Of a stretch of DNA of 61,873 nt, positions 29,297 to 38,437 are shown piece by piece. This DNA comes from Patescibacteria group bacterium (GTDB lineage Archaea > Nanobdellota > Nanobdellia > Pacearchaeales > GW2011-AR1), in assembly GCA_019428815.1 (NCBI GenBank), contig JAHYJW010000004.1:1-61873 (forward strand). Direction: 5' to 3'. Below the pieces are notes generated by a model that saw only the letters and a list, made by a program, of their open reading frames with translations, was not told the DNA's origin and did not search any database. The translations under genes were made by a program, and so were the position numbers. The stretch's first letter is position 1. Each line of letters opens with the position of its first letter.

Positions 29297-29869
29297 TTAA
29301 CCCCCTTGGAAGATGATGGGGTTATGTCCTGGAAGCGTAAATCCCTTTCGCCTCTTATTAGAATCTCCTGAAATAACAATCACCCCTAAGATTACTAAGA
29401 AAATAATCACTCCAATAATTTGAGGCAAATTTTGATATAACATCCAACTATTAGAACTGTCAAACCACCCAAATGTTTGTACTAAAACAACTATAAAGAT
29501 AATCACTGCTACACCCAAAAGGGAATAGTTCTGGTATTTATTCTTTGGATCAAGGAAAAGTCCCACTAATATCATAAATACTAAAAGAACTGCAAGACCA
29601 ATACCCAGTTTGGGAAAGATTTCAGAAAAGAAAGTGGAAACAACATTAAATTGTAAGGCTAAAAGTCCAACTACTAAAGAGATAATTGCATTTACACTTT
29701 TATTATCAAAAACCTTAACTTTAGTCAAAATTCCAAAAACAAGCGCGAAGATTAATAAAAAGGGGAGAACATAAGAAAAAAGGCCCATTTGTTCCCAATC
29801 ATAAAGAAGTGAACCTATCCCTCCTCCAAAAAAACTTCCAACTTGTAAAGACAAAATCTTCTCAAACAT
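29297..29869 (-). CDS. Polytopic membrane protein (paralogue of the next gene)
   Basis: LPFLLIFALVFGILTKVKVF...NAIISLVVGL. Confidence 0.75.
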   Translation of the reverse strand: MFEKILSLQVGSFFGGGIGSLLYDWEQMGLFSYVLPFLLIFALVFGILTKVKVFDNKSVNAIISLVVGLLALQFNVVSTFFSEIFPKLGIGLAVLLVFMILVGLFLDPKNKYQNYSLLGVAVIIFIVVLVQTFGWFDSSNSWMLYQNLPQIIGVIIFLVILGVIVISGDSNKRRKGFTLPGHNPIIFQGG

Positions 29870-29982
29870 AAAATAATTTAGGGAATATTGTTTAAATATG
29901 TTTCGGGATAATATCCATTAAAAAATTAATGAGGGTATATTGATCTTATAAAAAAGAATCATTTAAGGGGGATTAATCAAAC

Positions 29983-30495
29983 CTATTTTTTAGTGTTTCT
30001 TAATATCAAAACTAATGCGATTAAAACAACTGCTATAAACAAAAAGTTTGTCCAAAAACTACTACTCCAAGATTGAGCGAAAAGGAAGTTAAAGATACTA
30101 CCCACAGCTTTAGATTCTTGCCCCATTGACCAGAGTAATCCAAATACAACTGCGATTACAATGACAATTCCTATAATCCACTTCAATCCTTTTGGAGCAT
30201 TACTAAACTGGATTCCATCTTTACCTGCTCCAATAAATCCCCAAAGTAAAAGTGCAACAAACATCACGATTAAAGCAACAGTTAGAAAAAGAATCATATT
30301 TGAAACAACTAACTTAGGAGTAATTGCAGTTACAAATATCAAACCAATAACAAATGCCACTAAAGCATTTAGCTGTTTACCTTCACCCAAAACTTTAGTC
30401 TTTGAAAGAACTCCATAAACTATGAAAAAAACTAAAAGGAATGGGAATGCAAATTGAGTAAAAATCCAATGTTGTAAAATTGTTTCTTCAGCCAT
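29983..30495 (-). CDS. Polytopic membrane protein (paralogue of the previous gene)
   Basis: FPFLLVFFIVYGVLSKTKVL...NALVAFVIGL. Confidence 0.75.
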   Translation of the reverse strand: MAEETILQHWIFTQFAFPFLLVFFIVYGVLSKTKVLGEGKQLNALVAFVIGLIFVTAITPKLVVSNMILFLTVALIVMFVALLLWGFIGAGKDGIQFSNAPKGLKWIIGIVIVIAVVFGLLWSMGQESKAVGSIFNFLFAQSWSSSFWTNFLFIAVVLIALVLILRNTKK

Positions 30496-30633
30496 TTTAA
30501 TTGGTGATTATATAAAGTAAATAATTTAAGAGTATTTAAATTTTCTGGGATTAAGACAGACATTTAATTAGATTATAAAGGGCATCAAAATACAAAGAAT
30601 AATACAGAGTTTATAAAAGAAGGTTCTTAAAAA

Positions 30634-30912
30634 TTAAATTAAGTCTTCAGGCACTTCGTCTATCTCTGGATCTGGACTTGGTAGAGCAGATTTACTAATT
30701 ATAAAAATATCGCTTATTGCCCTCACAAACTGATGGGGTATAATAACACCACGGGCACCTCCAACAAGAGACATAACACTACCCCCCACTTTTATTTTCC
30801 AACCATCTACCTTATTCTCTTGAAGATTCGCTTCTTCTATTTCTCCAAAGTAATCTCCTGAGTCAGTATAAACCTTACAGCCAATTACTTCAGTTATTTT
30901 TTTTATACGCAT
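30634..30912 (-). CDS. PRC-barrel protein (CdpB-like)
   Basis: IGCKVYTDSGDYFGEIEE; VIIPHQFVRAISDIFII. Confidence 0.85.
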   Translation of the reverse strand: MRIKKITEVIGCKVYTDSGDYFGEIEEANLQENKVDGWKIKVGGSVMSLVGGARGVIIPHQFVRAISDIFIISKSALPSPDPEIDEVPEDLI

Positions 30913-31053
30913 ATCTAATTTTAATCAAATTCATTTAAATACTTTTCCGTAATTTAACAGATGTTTTAGAATGTTTTAAGAGAGAAGTTTAAACTGAAAC
31001 ATAACAAAGTTTATAAAAAAATTGAGGTTAATTATATAAAATAAAAAAACAAA

Positions 31054-31680
31054 ATGTTCAAATCACAAGAAGTTTATTCGATATTAGCAGTAATAATTCT
31101 AGTTTCACTTACAATTGGGTTATTTAGGAGTATTAATGACCTATTTTATACTTTTATAGCAGTTTTTTTTGTTTTTTCTTTGAATATTCTAGCTAAAAAG
31201 ATCACTAGTTTTTATTTAGACTCTGAAATAGAAGTCAGAACATGGACCTTAAAAAGATATGGTTTTAGTCCTCAAAGTTATTTTAAAAAAGCTTTACCTT
31301 TAGGAATAATTCTTCCAATTGTTGTTGCAATTATATCCTATGGAAAATTGCTTTGGATGTCTTGTTTAACTTTTGATGTAAAACCCAAGACTTATAGGGC
31401 TGCTAAAAGACATGGATTGTACTCTTATTCTGAAATGGGGGAAGACCATATTGGTTTAATTGCTACATCAGGGGTTTTAGTAAACCTATTTTTTGCTGTA
31501 ATAGGATACCTAATTGGTTTCACAGAATTTTCAAAATTAAACATATACCTTGCTTTTTTCAGTATTTTACCATTATCTGATTTAGATGGAAATAAAATCC
31601 TGTTTGGCAATAAAGTTTTATGGATTTTTCTCGCAACACTAACCGGAATAGGATTAGCATACTCCTTCTTTATGATCTAA
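31054..31680 (+). CDS. M50/site-2-protease-like membrane protein lacking HExxH
   Basis: GLIATSGVLVNL and ILPLSDLDGNKI motifs; the HExxH position reads NILAK. Confidence 0.65.
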   Translation: MFKSQEVYSILAVIILVSLTIGLFRSINDLFYTFIAVFFVFSLNILAKKITSFYLDSEIEVRTWTLKRYGFSPQSYFKKALPLGIILPIVVAIISYGKLLWMSCLTFDVKPKTYRAAKRHGLYSYSEMGEDHIGLIATSGVLVNLFFAVIGYLIGFTEFSKLNIYLAFFSILPLSDLDGNKILFGNKVLWIFLATLTGIGLAYSFFMI

Positions 31681-31766
31681 TTTAAATAGAAATTAAGGAA
31701 AAAAATAACAAAAGACATTTAAACTCTGACTGTCTTTATAAAATAATTAAATTAACCTTTAATAAA

Positions 31767-31964
31767 ATGGCCGAAATGAAAAATAAAAAATTTTTAGGAG
31801 TTCTTGCAGTTATTTTGTTAATCGTGGGATTCTTTTTGTTAAATAGTAGTATTACGGGGAATTTCATTTTAGAATCCTTACCTGCTTTAGAAACTGGGCC
31901 CCTTTTGGGTTTATTTTTTGTTTTATGTTCTGCAGTTATTGCTTTTTACATAATTCGAAAATAA
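31767..31964 (+). CDS. Small two-TM protein with an ITG motif
   Basis: Two hydrophobic helices flanking SSITGNFI. Confidence 0.6.
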   Translation: MAEMKNKKFLGVLAVILLIVGFFLLNSSITGNFILESLPALETGPLLGLFFVLCSAVIAFYIIRK

Positions 31965-32043
31965 ATCAAGATTTATTTTTTAATATTAATTATTTCTTAA
32001 GAGAAACAAGAATCTTTTTATAAGCGGTTATTTTTTCTTATTT

Positions 32044-33609
32044 ATGAAATTTCTAGAAAAGATAACTCCCAGAGATTATCAGGAGAGTATTTTAAAAGCC
32101 TGTATTGAAAAAAATTGTTTAGTTGTTTTACCAACAGGATTAGGAAAAACCCTCATTGCTCTTATGCTTTCTATTAAAAGAATGGAAAGTTTTCCTAGTG
32201 AGAAAGTTGTCTTTTTAGCTCCAACAAGGCCGCTTGTAGAACAGCATTTAAATTTCTTTAAAAAACATTTACCTGAACTTTTTGGAGAAATGCAGTTATT
32301 TACTGGACAGATTCCCCCTGAAAAGAGAAAAACAGTTTGGAGAACTGCTGACATAATTTTTTCAACACCTCAATGTGTAGCAAATGATCTAAAAAATAAT
32401 CTTTATAGTTTAGAAGAAGTTTGTTTATTAATTCAAGATGAAGCCCATAGGTGCATAAGAAACTATGATTACACATATATTGCAAAGAAGTATCTTGAAC
32501 AATCCACAAACCCTAGGATAGTGGGGTTAACTGCGTCTCCGGGAAGTGAAAGGGTAAAAATAAAGGAAATTTGTAATAATCTCCATATCGAAGCTGTTGA
32601 ATTAAGAACCCGAGAAAGTTCAGATGTAAAAGATTATCTACAAGAATTAAAATTTGAAAAGATAATCTTAGAGGTTTCTCCTGAAATGGAACAAATAAGG
32701 GGCGCTTTGAATCGTCTTTTTCAGGAATATGTAAGTGAATTGAGAAATAGAAAAATTTTTTTTGGAAGGCCAACAAAAACAGAATTAATAAAGTTACAAA
32801 AAAAAATTATGCTAAACATTTCTAAAGGGAAAAAAGATTATAACACTCTTCTTGCTTCAAGTGCATGTGCACAGTCTATAAAAATACAACACGCATTAGA
32901 ATTATTAGAAACCCAAACAATTTGGAGTTTTAACAATTATCTAACCGTTTTACTAAAAAAAGCTTTAAAAAAAGAAAATAAAGGCGTTATCAGATTGGCT
33001 TCTAAACCCGAATTTAATTACTCTCTTGCTAAGTCTAAAGACCTTTTAAGAAATGGAATAGAACATCCAAAGGTTCTAAAAATTCAGGATTTAGTAAAAA
33101 AAGAGAAAGAATTAAATGACAAGGGAAAAATAATAATCTTTGCTCAGTTTAGAGATACTGCAAAGATGATTTCTGAAAAACTTAAAGAAATACCGGGTAT
33201 ATCCCCCGAGGTGTTTATAGGTCAGGGTAAAAAAATAGATTCTGATGGAGGAACGATAAAAGGGTTAAATCAAAAAGAACAAAAAGAAATCATAGAGAAT
33301 TTTTCTTCTGGAAAAACAAATGTTCTTTGTGCTACTTCTATTGGAGAAGAGGGGTTAGATATCCCAGAAGTAAATACTGTAATTTTTTATGAACCCGTAC
33401 CCTCTGCTATAAGGGCAATTCAAAGAGCGGGTAGAACAGCGAGATTGATGAAAGGGAAGCTAATTATTCTAATTACAAAAAATACCAGAGATGAAGCTTA
33501 TTTTTATGTTTCAAAGTTTAAAGAAAAGAAGATGCATAACGCAATAAGTTCAATAAAAGAGGGTTTAGCAAAAAAAACAAAAACAGAAAAACAAAGAACG
33601 CTTGAATAA
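32044..33609 (+). CDS. hef: Hef/FANCM-like SF2 helicase (N-terminal part)
   Basis: PRDYQ, LPTGLGKT, DEAHR, GLTASPG, ATSIGEEGLDIP, IQRAGRTAR. Confidence 0.93.
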   Translation: MKFLEKITPRDYQESILKACIEKNCLVVLPTGLGKTLIALMLSIKRMESFPSEKVVFLAPTRPLVEQHLNFFKKHLPELFGEMQLFTGQIPPEKRKTVWRTADIIFSTPQCVANDLKNNLYSLEEVCLLIQDEAHRCIRNYDYTYIAKKYLEQSTNPRIVGLTASPGSERVKIKEICNNLHIEAVELRTRESSDVKDYLQELKFEKIILEVSPEMEQIRGALNRLFQEYVSELRNRKIFFGRPTKTELIKLQKKIMLNISKGKKDYNTLLASSACAQSIKIQHALELLETQTIWSFNNYLTVLLKKALKKENKGVIRLASKPEFNYSLAKSKDLLRNGIEHPKVLKIQDLVKKEKELNDKGKIIIFAQFRDTAKMISEKLKEIPGISPEVFIGQGKKIDSDGGTIKGLNQKEQKEIIENFSSGKTNVLCATSIGEEGLDIPEVNTVIFYEPVPSAIRAIQRAGRTARLMKGKLIILITKNTRDEAYFYVSKFKEKKMHNAISSIKEGLAKKTKTEKQRTLE

Positions 33610-33642
33610 AAATTAGATATTAAAAACATACCACCTATAAAA

Positions 33643-34305
33643 ATGGAAAAGATAATAGTCGACACAAGAGAAAAGAATTTCCATCTAGTTGAAGAATTAG
33701 AATCTTTGGGAATAGAGGTAGAAATAAAACCGTTAAAAGTAGGGGATTATATCGTAAAAGATGTTGTAATAGAAAGAAAAACTATCTCCGATTTTATTAA
33801 TTCAATGTTAAGTAGGCGTCTTTTAATTCAAATAGAAGAACTAATTCAATATCCAAACAGACTTTTGATTATAGAGGGATTTGAAGAACAGGAATTATAC
33901 CCTGATGAAAGTTTGATTATAAATGGGAAAGGAATACACCCAAACTCAATTAGGGGATTTCTTCTTTCAATACTGTTGAAGTATAAAGTTCCTATAATCT
34001 TTACAAAAGATTACAAAGATACTGCTAAATTTTTTTCCGTAATCTTAAAAAGAAAAACTCAAGAAATGTCCCTCAATGCAAATAAAAAAACTCTGAATTC
34101 TAAGGAAAGAAAGGAGTTCATCTTAGAGGGATTTCCAGGAATTGGGCCAAAGACCTCCAAAAAACTCCTTGAAAACTTCGGTACTCTAAAAGAGTTTATC
34201 AATGCGCCAGAAGAAGATTTAAAGAAGATCTTAGGTAAAAAAACAGAAGGAATAAAAAAAATAATTGAGGGGGAGTATAAAGAGGGTTTATATAAAAAGG
34301 ATTAA
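33643..34305 (+). CDS. ERCC4/XPF nuclease + HhH (Hef C-terminal part)
   Basis: IVDTRE, VGDYIV, IERKTISDF, FPGIGPK. Confidence 0.92.
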   Translation: MEKIIVDTREKNFHLVEELESLGIEVEIKPLKVGDYIVKDVVIERKTISDFINSMLSRRLLIQIEELIQYPNRLLIIEGFEEQELYPDESLIINGKGIHPNSIRGFLLSILLKYKVPIIFTKDYKDTAKFFSVILKRKTQEMSLNANKKTLNSKERKEFILEGFPGIGPKTSKKLLENFGTLKEFINAPEEDLKKILGKKTEGIKKIIEGEYKEGLYKKD

Positions 34306-34829
34306 TTTAGGTTATATTCCTCAAGCGTTTTGTATACAGGCCCCTCTTCTTGCATAATTGATTCCTTTAATCTAAAATTTGTGACAGGAAAAATGATTTT
34401 AGGAATTTTTATTCGATTTAAGTTTTCTAAAAAAGACGCTTTATCTTTTATGGTTTTAACTCTAGCAATTGTTAGATGTCCCATAAATCTTTTTTCAATT
34501 GGATAAAAAGAACTTAATCTTTGATCAATTTCCGCTTGTATTTGTTCACAATTTTTTACACTCAACCAAATAATCCTAATAAAATTCTCAGAAAAAACAC
34601 CCACCTTTTCAATTTCTATTTCAAAGGGTTTTATATTAACTTCCTTAAGTTTCTTGGTGATTTCTTCGACTTGTTTTTCTTCGATTTCTCCTATAAACTT
34701 CAAAGTAAGATGCAAATTCCAGGGTTCAATTTTTTTACCTAAAAAATCTGGAAGCTTATCTTGAACAATTTTTATTTTTCTTTGTATTTCTAGGGGTAAG
34801 TCTAAAGAAATGAATACTCTTTTTTTCAT
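34302..34829 (-). CDS. thpR: RNA 2',3'-cyclic phosphodiesterase (2H family)
   Basis: RVFISLD, HLTLKFIGE, HLTIARVK. Confidence 0.92.
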   Translation of the reverse strand: MKKRVFISLDLPLEIQRKIKIVQDKLPDFLGKKIEPWNLHLTLKFIGEIEEKQVEEITKKLKEVNIKPFEIEIEKVGVFSENFIRIIWLSVKNCEQIQAEIDQRLSSFYPIEKRFMGHLTIARVKTIKDKASFLENLNRIKIPKIIFPVTNFRLKESIMQEEGPVYKTLEEYNLN

Positions 34830-34889
34830 TTTTAGTAATAAGCCTCACTGTTAAAGATTTAACTTTATTTTAAAATTTAAAAAGATAAT

Positions 34890-35693
34890 TTAAATTAATT
34901 CTGATAAAATTTTTGCTCCAAGCTTAACTGTCAGGTCCCCCATATCTTTTTCAGGGTTGATTTCTACAATATCTACTCCTCGTAAATTTTTAAGGAGGTT
35001 AATTCTTTGGATAACATACAAAAATTCGCGACTTGTCAATCCCCCTGGTTCTTTAAAAGAGACCCCTGGAGCAAATGCGGGATCAATAATACTCAAATCT
35101 ATTGAAACATAACTCTCTTTATCTCTTAAGAATTCCATTATTGTGTCACAAGAATCTTCTAAATTTTCGTGAAAAGGATTCATAAGCATGAACTTTAGGT
35201 TTCTTTTTTTTAAAAAGGAAATTTCAGAAGAAGAGAAATTTCTAATTCCCACTAAGAAGATATTTTCTGGAGGAAACCCGGTTTTGATTAATTGATTAAC
35301 CCACTCTTTATTTTTAGGAAACTTAGAACCGGATTCAAAGCAGTTAGGAGAAGAATCAAAGACCACTAAACCCGGTTCTTTTTGAATTTTTTTACAATAA
35401 TCCAAAAAAGCTAGGGTTATAGAATAACTAATAGAATGATCCCCTCCAAGAAATATTGTTTTTGGTTTTTCTTCAAATATCTCCAGAGAGTTTTCATAGA
35501 TAAGTTTGTTTGTCAGTTCTAAATTGGAGTTATCTAAGTGTATCTCTTCTAAATCTAAAAGTTTAGTATCTATGAGATTTCCTTTTTCATTATTTGATAT
35601 TTCTTTTAAATTAGAAAGAATCAAATTACCCGATTTTTCACAACCATTTGTTTTTCCAGAACTATTAATCCCAGGAACTTTAACGATAAACAT
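34890..35693 (-). CDS. Arginase/agmatinase-fold protein with degenerate metal site
   Basis: LGGDHSIS, DPAFAPGV, EPGGLTSRE, DIVEINP. Confidence 0.85.
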   Translation of the reverse strand: MFIVKVPGINSSGKTNGCEKSGNLILSNLKEISNNEKGNLIDTKLLDLEEIHLDNSNLELTNKLIYENSLEIFEEKPKTIFLGGDHSISYSITLAFLDYCKKIQKEPGLVVFDSSPNCFESGSKFPKNKEWVNQLIKTGFPPENIFLVGIRNFSSSEISFLKKRNLKFMLMNPFHENLEDSCDTIMEFLRDKESYVSIDLSIIDPAFAPGVSFKEPGGLTSREFLYVIQRINLLKNLRGVDIVEINPEKDMGDLTVKLGAKILSELI

Positions 35694-35749
35694 AATTCTG
35701 AACAGAAAAAAAGGTTTATAATTCTATCCTAAAATTTGCGCAAACAACC

Positions 35750-36955
35750 TCAATCTGGAACAAGAGCAAAGAAACTATTTTTTTCTAGGGGTATTTTTGC
35801 TATCTCTTTTACATCTTCAATTTTTACATCTCTTATATTCTTTTCAAATTCATAAAACTCTTCTATATTCCCGTTTATTTCATAATGGAGTAAATTAGCT
35901 AATTGATTATGAGAATCTTCACAAGAAATATAGTGGTTTCCAATGATTTGTTCTTTTACTTGGGAGAATTCTTCTTCTGTTAGTTCTTTAGAAATCTTCT
36001 CAAATTCATCCAGTATCACCCTTCTACACTCTTCTACTTTCTCTTTTTTTGTTCCAACATAAATTAAACTATAAGCAAAGTCTTTGTTTACTTCTAACTG
36101 AGCCCTAACCGCATAAGCAAGATTACGTTTATCCCTTATTTCTTGGAATAGTCTAGAGGACATTCCCCCTCCCATCAATACCCCCAAGACAATTGCTGCG
36201 TAATTCTTTTTATCCTTAGAAGAAGGGATGTGGTATGCTAAAGCAAAATTTGCCTGGTCTATTCCTTTTCTTTTTTCAATTTTAGAATTGTTCATAATTT
36301 CAATGTTATAAACAGGAACTTGGCCTTCATTTTTTACAAAATTTTTCTCAGCAAAGTCAACAATCTGATTAAAATCTGCATTACCAACTACACAAAGAAT
36401 CATATTATTTGGTTGATAAACCTCTTTAAATCTCTTAATTATATCCCCTCTTGTAATTGAATTTAATGTGTCTGTTGTACCAATTAAGGGGATCCCAAAT
36501 GGAGGCTTATAAAGAAATTTTTGGATTTCCTGAAGAACATATCTAGGCGGACTATCTTGGTACATTTTAATCTCTTCAAAAATAACTTGTCTTTCTTTTT
36601 TTATCTCTTCTGGTTCAAACAAAGGATTTTTGATCATATCACTCAAAACTTCTAAAGCGGTTTCGAGATGTTTACTGGGCATTTTACAATGATAAGCAGT
36701 GATGGATTCATCTGTAAACCCATTTAACTCTCCACCCTTTTTTTCTATTTCTTCTGCAATTTTTTTTGAGTTTCTTTTAGGGGTTCCTTTATATAAAAGA
36801 TGCTCAATAAAATGAGATATTCCTTTATTGGATTCAGATTCATTTATCCCCCCACACCTCACTGCAAAAGCAACACTAACGACAGGGTTTTCTCTTTTTT
36901 CAAAGAGGACAGTCATGCCGTTTTGAAGGACTTTTCTATAAAATAAAGGTTCCAT
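35750..36955 (-). CDS. M16B zinc peptidase
   Basis: HFIEH inverted zinc motif, LNGFT, SSRLFQEIRDKRNLAY. Confidence 0.92.
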   Translation of the reverse strand: MEPLFYRKVLQNGMTVLFEKRENPVVSVAFAVRCGGINESESNKGISHFIEHLLYKGTPKRNSKKIAEEIEKKGGELNGFTDESITAYHCKMPSKHLETALEVLSDMIKNPLFEPEEIKKERQVIFEEIKMYQDSPPRYVLQEIQKFLYKPPFGIPLIGTTDTLNSITRGDIIKRFKEVYQPNNMILCVVGNADFNQIVDFAEKNFVKNEGQVPVYNIEIMNNSKIEKRKGIDQANFALAYHIPSSKDKKNYAAIVLGVLMGGGMSSRLFQEIRDKRNLAYAVRAQLEVNKDFAYSLIYVGTKKEKVEECRRVILDEFEKISKELTEEEFSQVKEQIIGNHYISCEDSHNQLANLLHYEINGNIEEFYEFEKNIRDVKIEDVKEIAKIPLEKNSFFALVPD

Positions 36956-36987
36956 TATATCAGAATAAAAACAGGGTTTTTAAATCT

Positions 36988-37461
36988 TTAATTAAAAAAA
37001 AGCAAATAAGCTCCAATTCCTAAGAATATTAAGAATCCTAAGATTACAATTAACCACATTCCCAACTTTGATTTTTTGGGTTGGGCAACAGAAGAAGTTC
37101 CTTGAGGAACCCCAGGTTGAGTTGTTACAGTTTGGAGGTTAGGTGTTGATTGTTGAGGGGGGTTAGGCAATTGTGGTTGAGAATTTTGAGGTGGAATTTG
37201 TGGGGTTGGTACAGTTTGCGGAGTAGTTGTTGGCTGTTGAGGGGGGTTAGGTAACTGTGATTGAGAATTTTGAGGTGGAATTTGTGGGGTTGGTACGGTT
37301 TGCGGAGTAGTTGTTGGCTGTTGAGGGGGGTTAGGTAACTGTGGTTGAGAATTTTGAGGTGGAATTTGTGGGGTTGATATAGGTTGGCGACCTGTACGAG
37401 GGGATTGAACTCTTCTTGATCTCTGAGTTAAAGGTCTTCGAATATTTGATGGAGGAACCAT
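36988..37461 (-). CDS. Pro/Gln-rich tail-anchored membrane protein
   Basis: Three 28-aa repeats, KKSK, then a C-terminal TM helix. Confidence 0.75.
   Translation of the reverse strand: MVPPSNIRRPLTQRSRRVQSPRTGRQPISTPQIPPQNSQPQLPNPPQQPTTTPQTVPTPQIPPQNSQSQLPNPPQQPTTTPQTVPTPQIPPQNSQPQLPNPPQQSTPNLQTVTTQPGVPQGTSSVAQPKKSKLGMWLIVILGFLIFLGIGAYLLFFN
37125..37377 (-). repeat. Coding tandem repeat, 84 bp x about 3
   Basis: GAGAATTTTGAGGTGGAATTTGTGGGGTTG starts at 37179, 37263 and 37347. Confidence 0.92.
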
Positions 37462-37509
37462 AAATAAAAAAAGAAAGATTATGTTATAAAGTTATCCCTT
37501 CTGGAGTTT

Positions 37510-38313
37510 TCATAGGCTCTTATTTATCTTTTTAAAAATTAAAAATTGTTCACTGCCCATTTTAAATTCATCTAAAACCCAAAAATTTTCTTTTATAAAA
37601 TTTAATATCCAGTATCTCTTTGCTTTAAATTTTGTTCTCTTCACCATACTCTCAACTGGTAAACTAAGGATGAATAAATCAACTAAAGGGGTTAATTCTA
37701 AAAGAAGTTTTTTTGAATAATCTCTACTTAACAATTCTAAAGAGTCTATTACCTTAAATAAAAAAACAATTTTAAAGGATTTTTCTTTTTTTATCAACCT
37801 TTTAAGGAGGTTTAGTTCAAAAAGGCTTAAGTGTATTGAATCACCTAAAAGGTTACTCTTACGAAAATAGATTTTAGCTAAATCAACAAACTGGCCAATG
37901 GATTCAATGACAAAATAACTTAGATTAGATCTCTTTTTATCTATATATGGATAACTGAAAAAATTTACTCCAGATCCAAGGTCAATAATACTAAGTTTTT
38001 CTGATTTTTTAGGAATATGTTTAAAAATCTTTGAATAAATTTCAGGATAGAAATCTATCCTCTCTCTAGTAGAAAGATGTTTTCTTAAAAACCATTCTGG
38101 AGGTTTATCTTCCAAAGATCTCCCTGAAAGAAGTTTTTGACTGCCAAAAGCACCAAAAGTTTTATGTAAAAGTTCTCTTGTGAGCTTAATTTTTTCTTCA
38201 TCTGAAGTTTGCCTATTTTCAAAATGGGAAAAGGCTAAATAAATGTCTTTTTCTCTAAGTTTAGAAAACTCTTTTTTTGAAGATATCTTTTTAATTATCT
38301 CTTCTTTTTCCAT
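37510..38313 (-). CDS. Rmt/ArmA/FmrO-like 16S rRNA m7G methyltransferase homologue
   Basis: HLSTRER, IIDLGSGVNFFS and LFKVIDSLE resemble the family motifs HxSTxER, DxxCGxNP and LLKxxxxLE. Confidence 0.72.
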   Translation of the reverse strand: MEKEEIIKKISSKKEFSKLREKDIYLAFSHFENRQTSDEEKIKLTRELLHKTFGAFGSQKLLSGRSLEDKPPEWFLRKHLSTRERIDFYPEIYSKIFKHIPKKSEKLSIIDLGSGVNFFSYPYIDKKRSNLSYFVIESIGQFVDLAKIYFRKSNLLGDSIHLSLFELNLLKRLIKKEKSFKIVFLFKVIDSLELLSRDYSKKLLLELTPLVDLFILSLPVESMVKRTKFKAKRYWILNFIKENFWVLDEFKMGSEQFLIFKKINKSL

Positions 38314-38437
38314 TCTATTCGATTTAATTAATGTTTAATAAATTTTTTAAGGAAAAGTTGTTTAAAAGATGTATGTAAACTTAACTTAACGCGTTATCAA
38401 AATAAAATCAAAATTTTAAAAAAGTCTTAATATTAAA

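Noticed and set aside
33607-33609. Stop-codon reassignment suggested by the in-frame TAA in Hef and HEPN
   Set aside because: TAA, TAG and TGA all terminate conserved genes at expected positions elsewhere in the window.
37125-37377. Regularly spaced repeats resembling a CRISPR array
   Set aside because: The units repeat in full with no unique spacers, are in-frame coding, and no cas genes are present.
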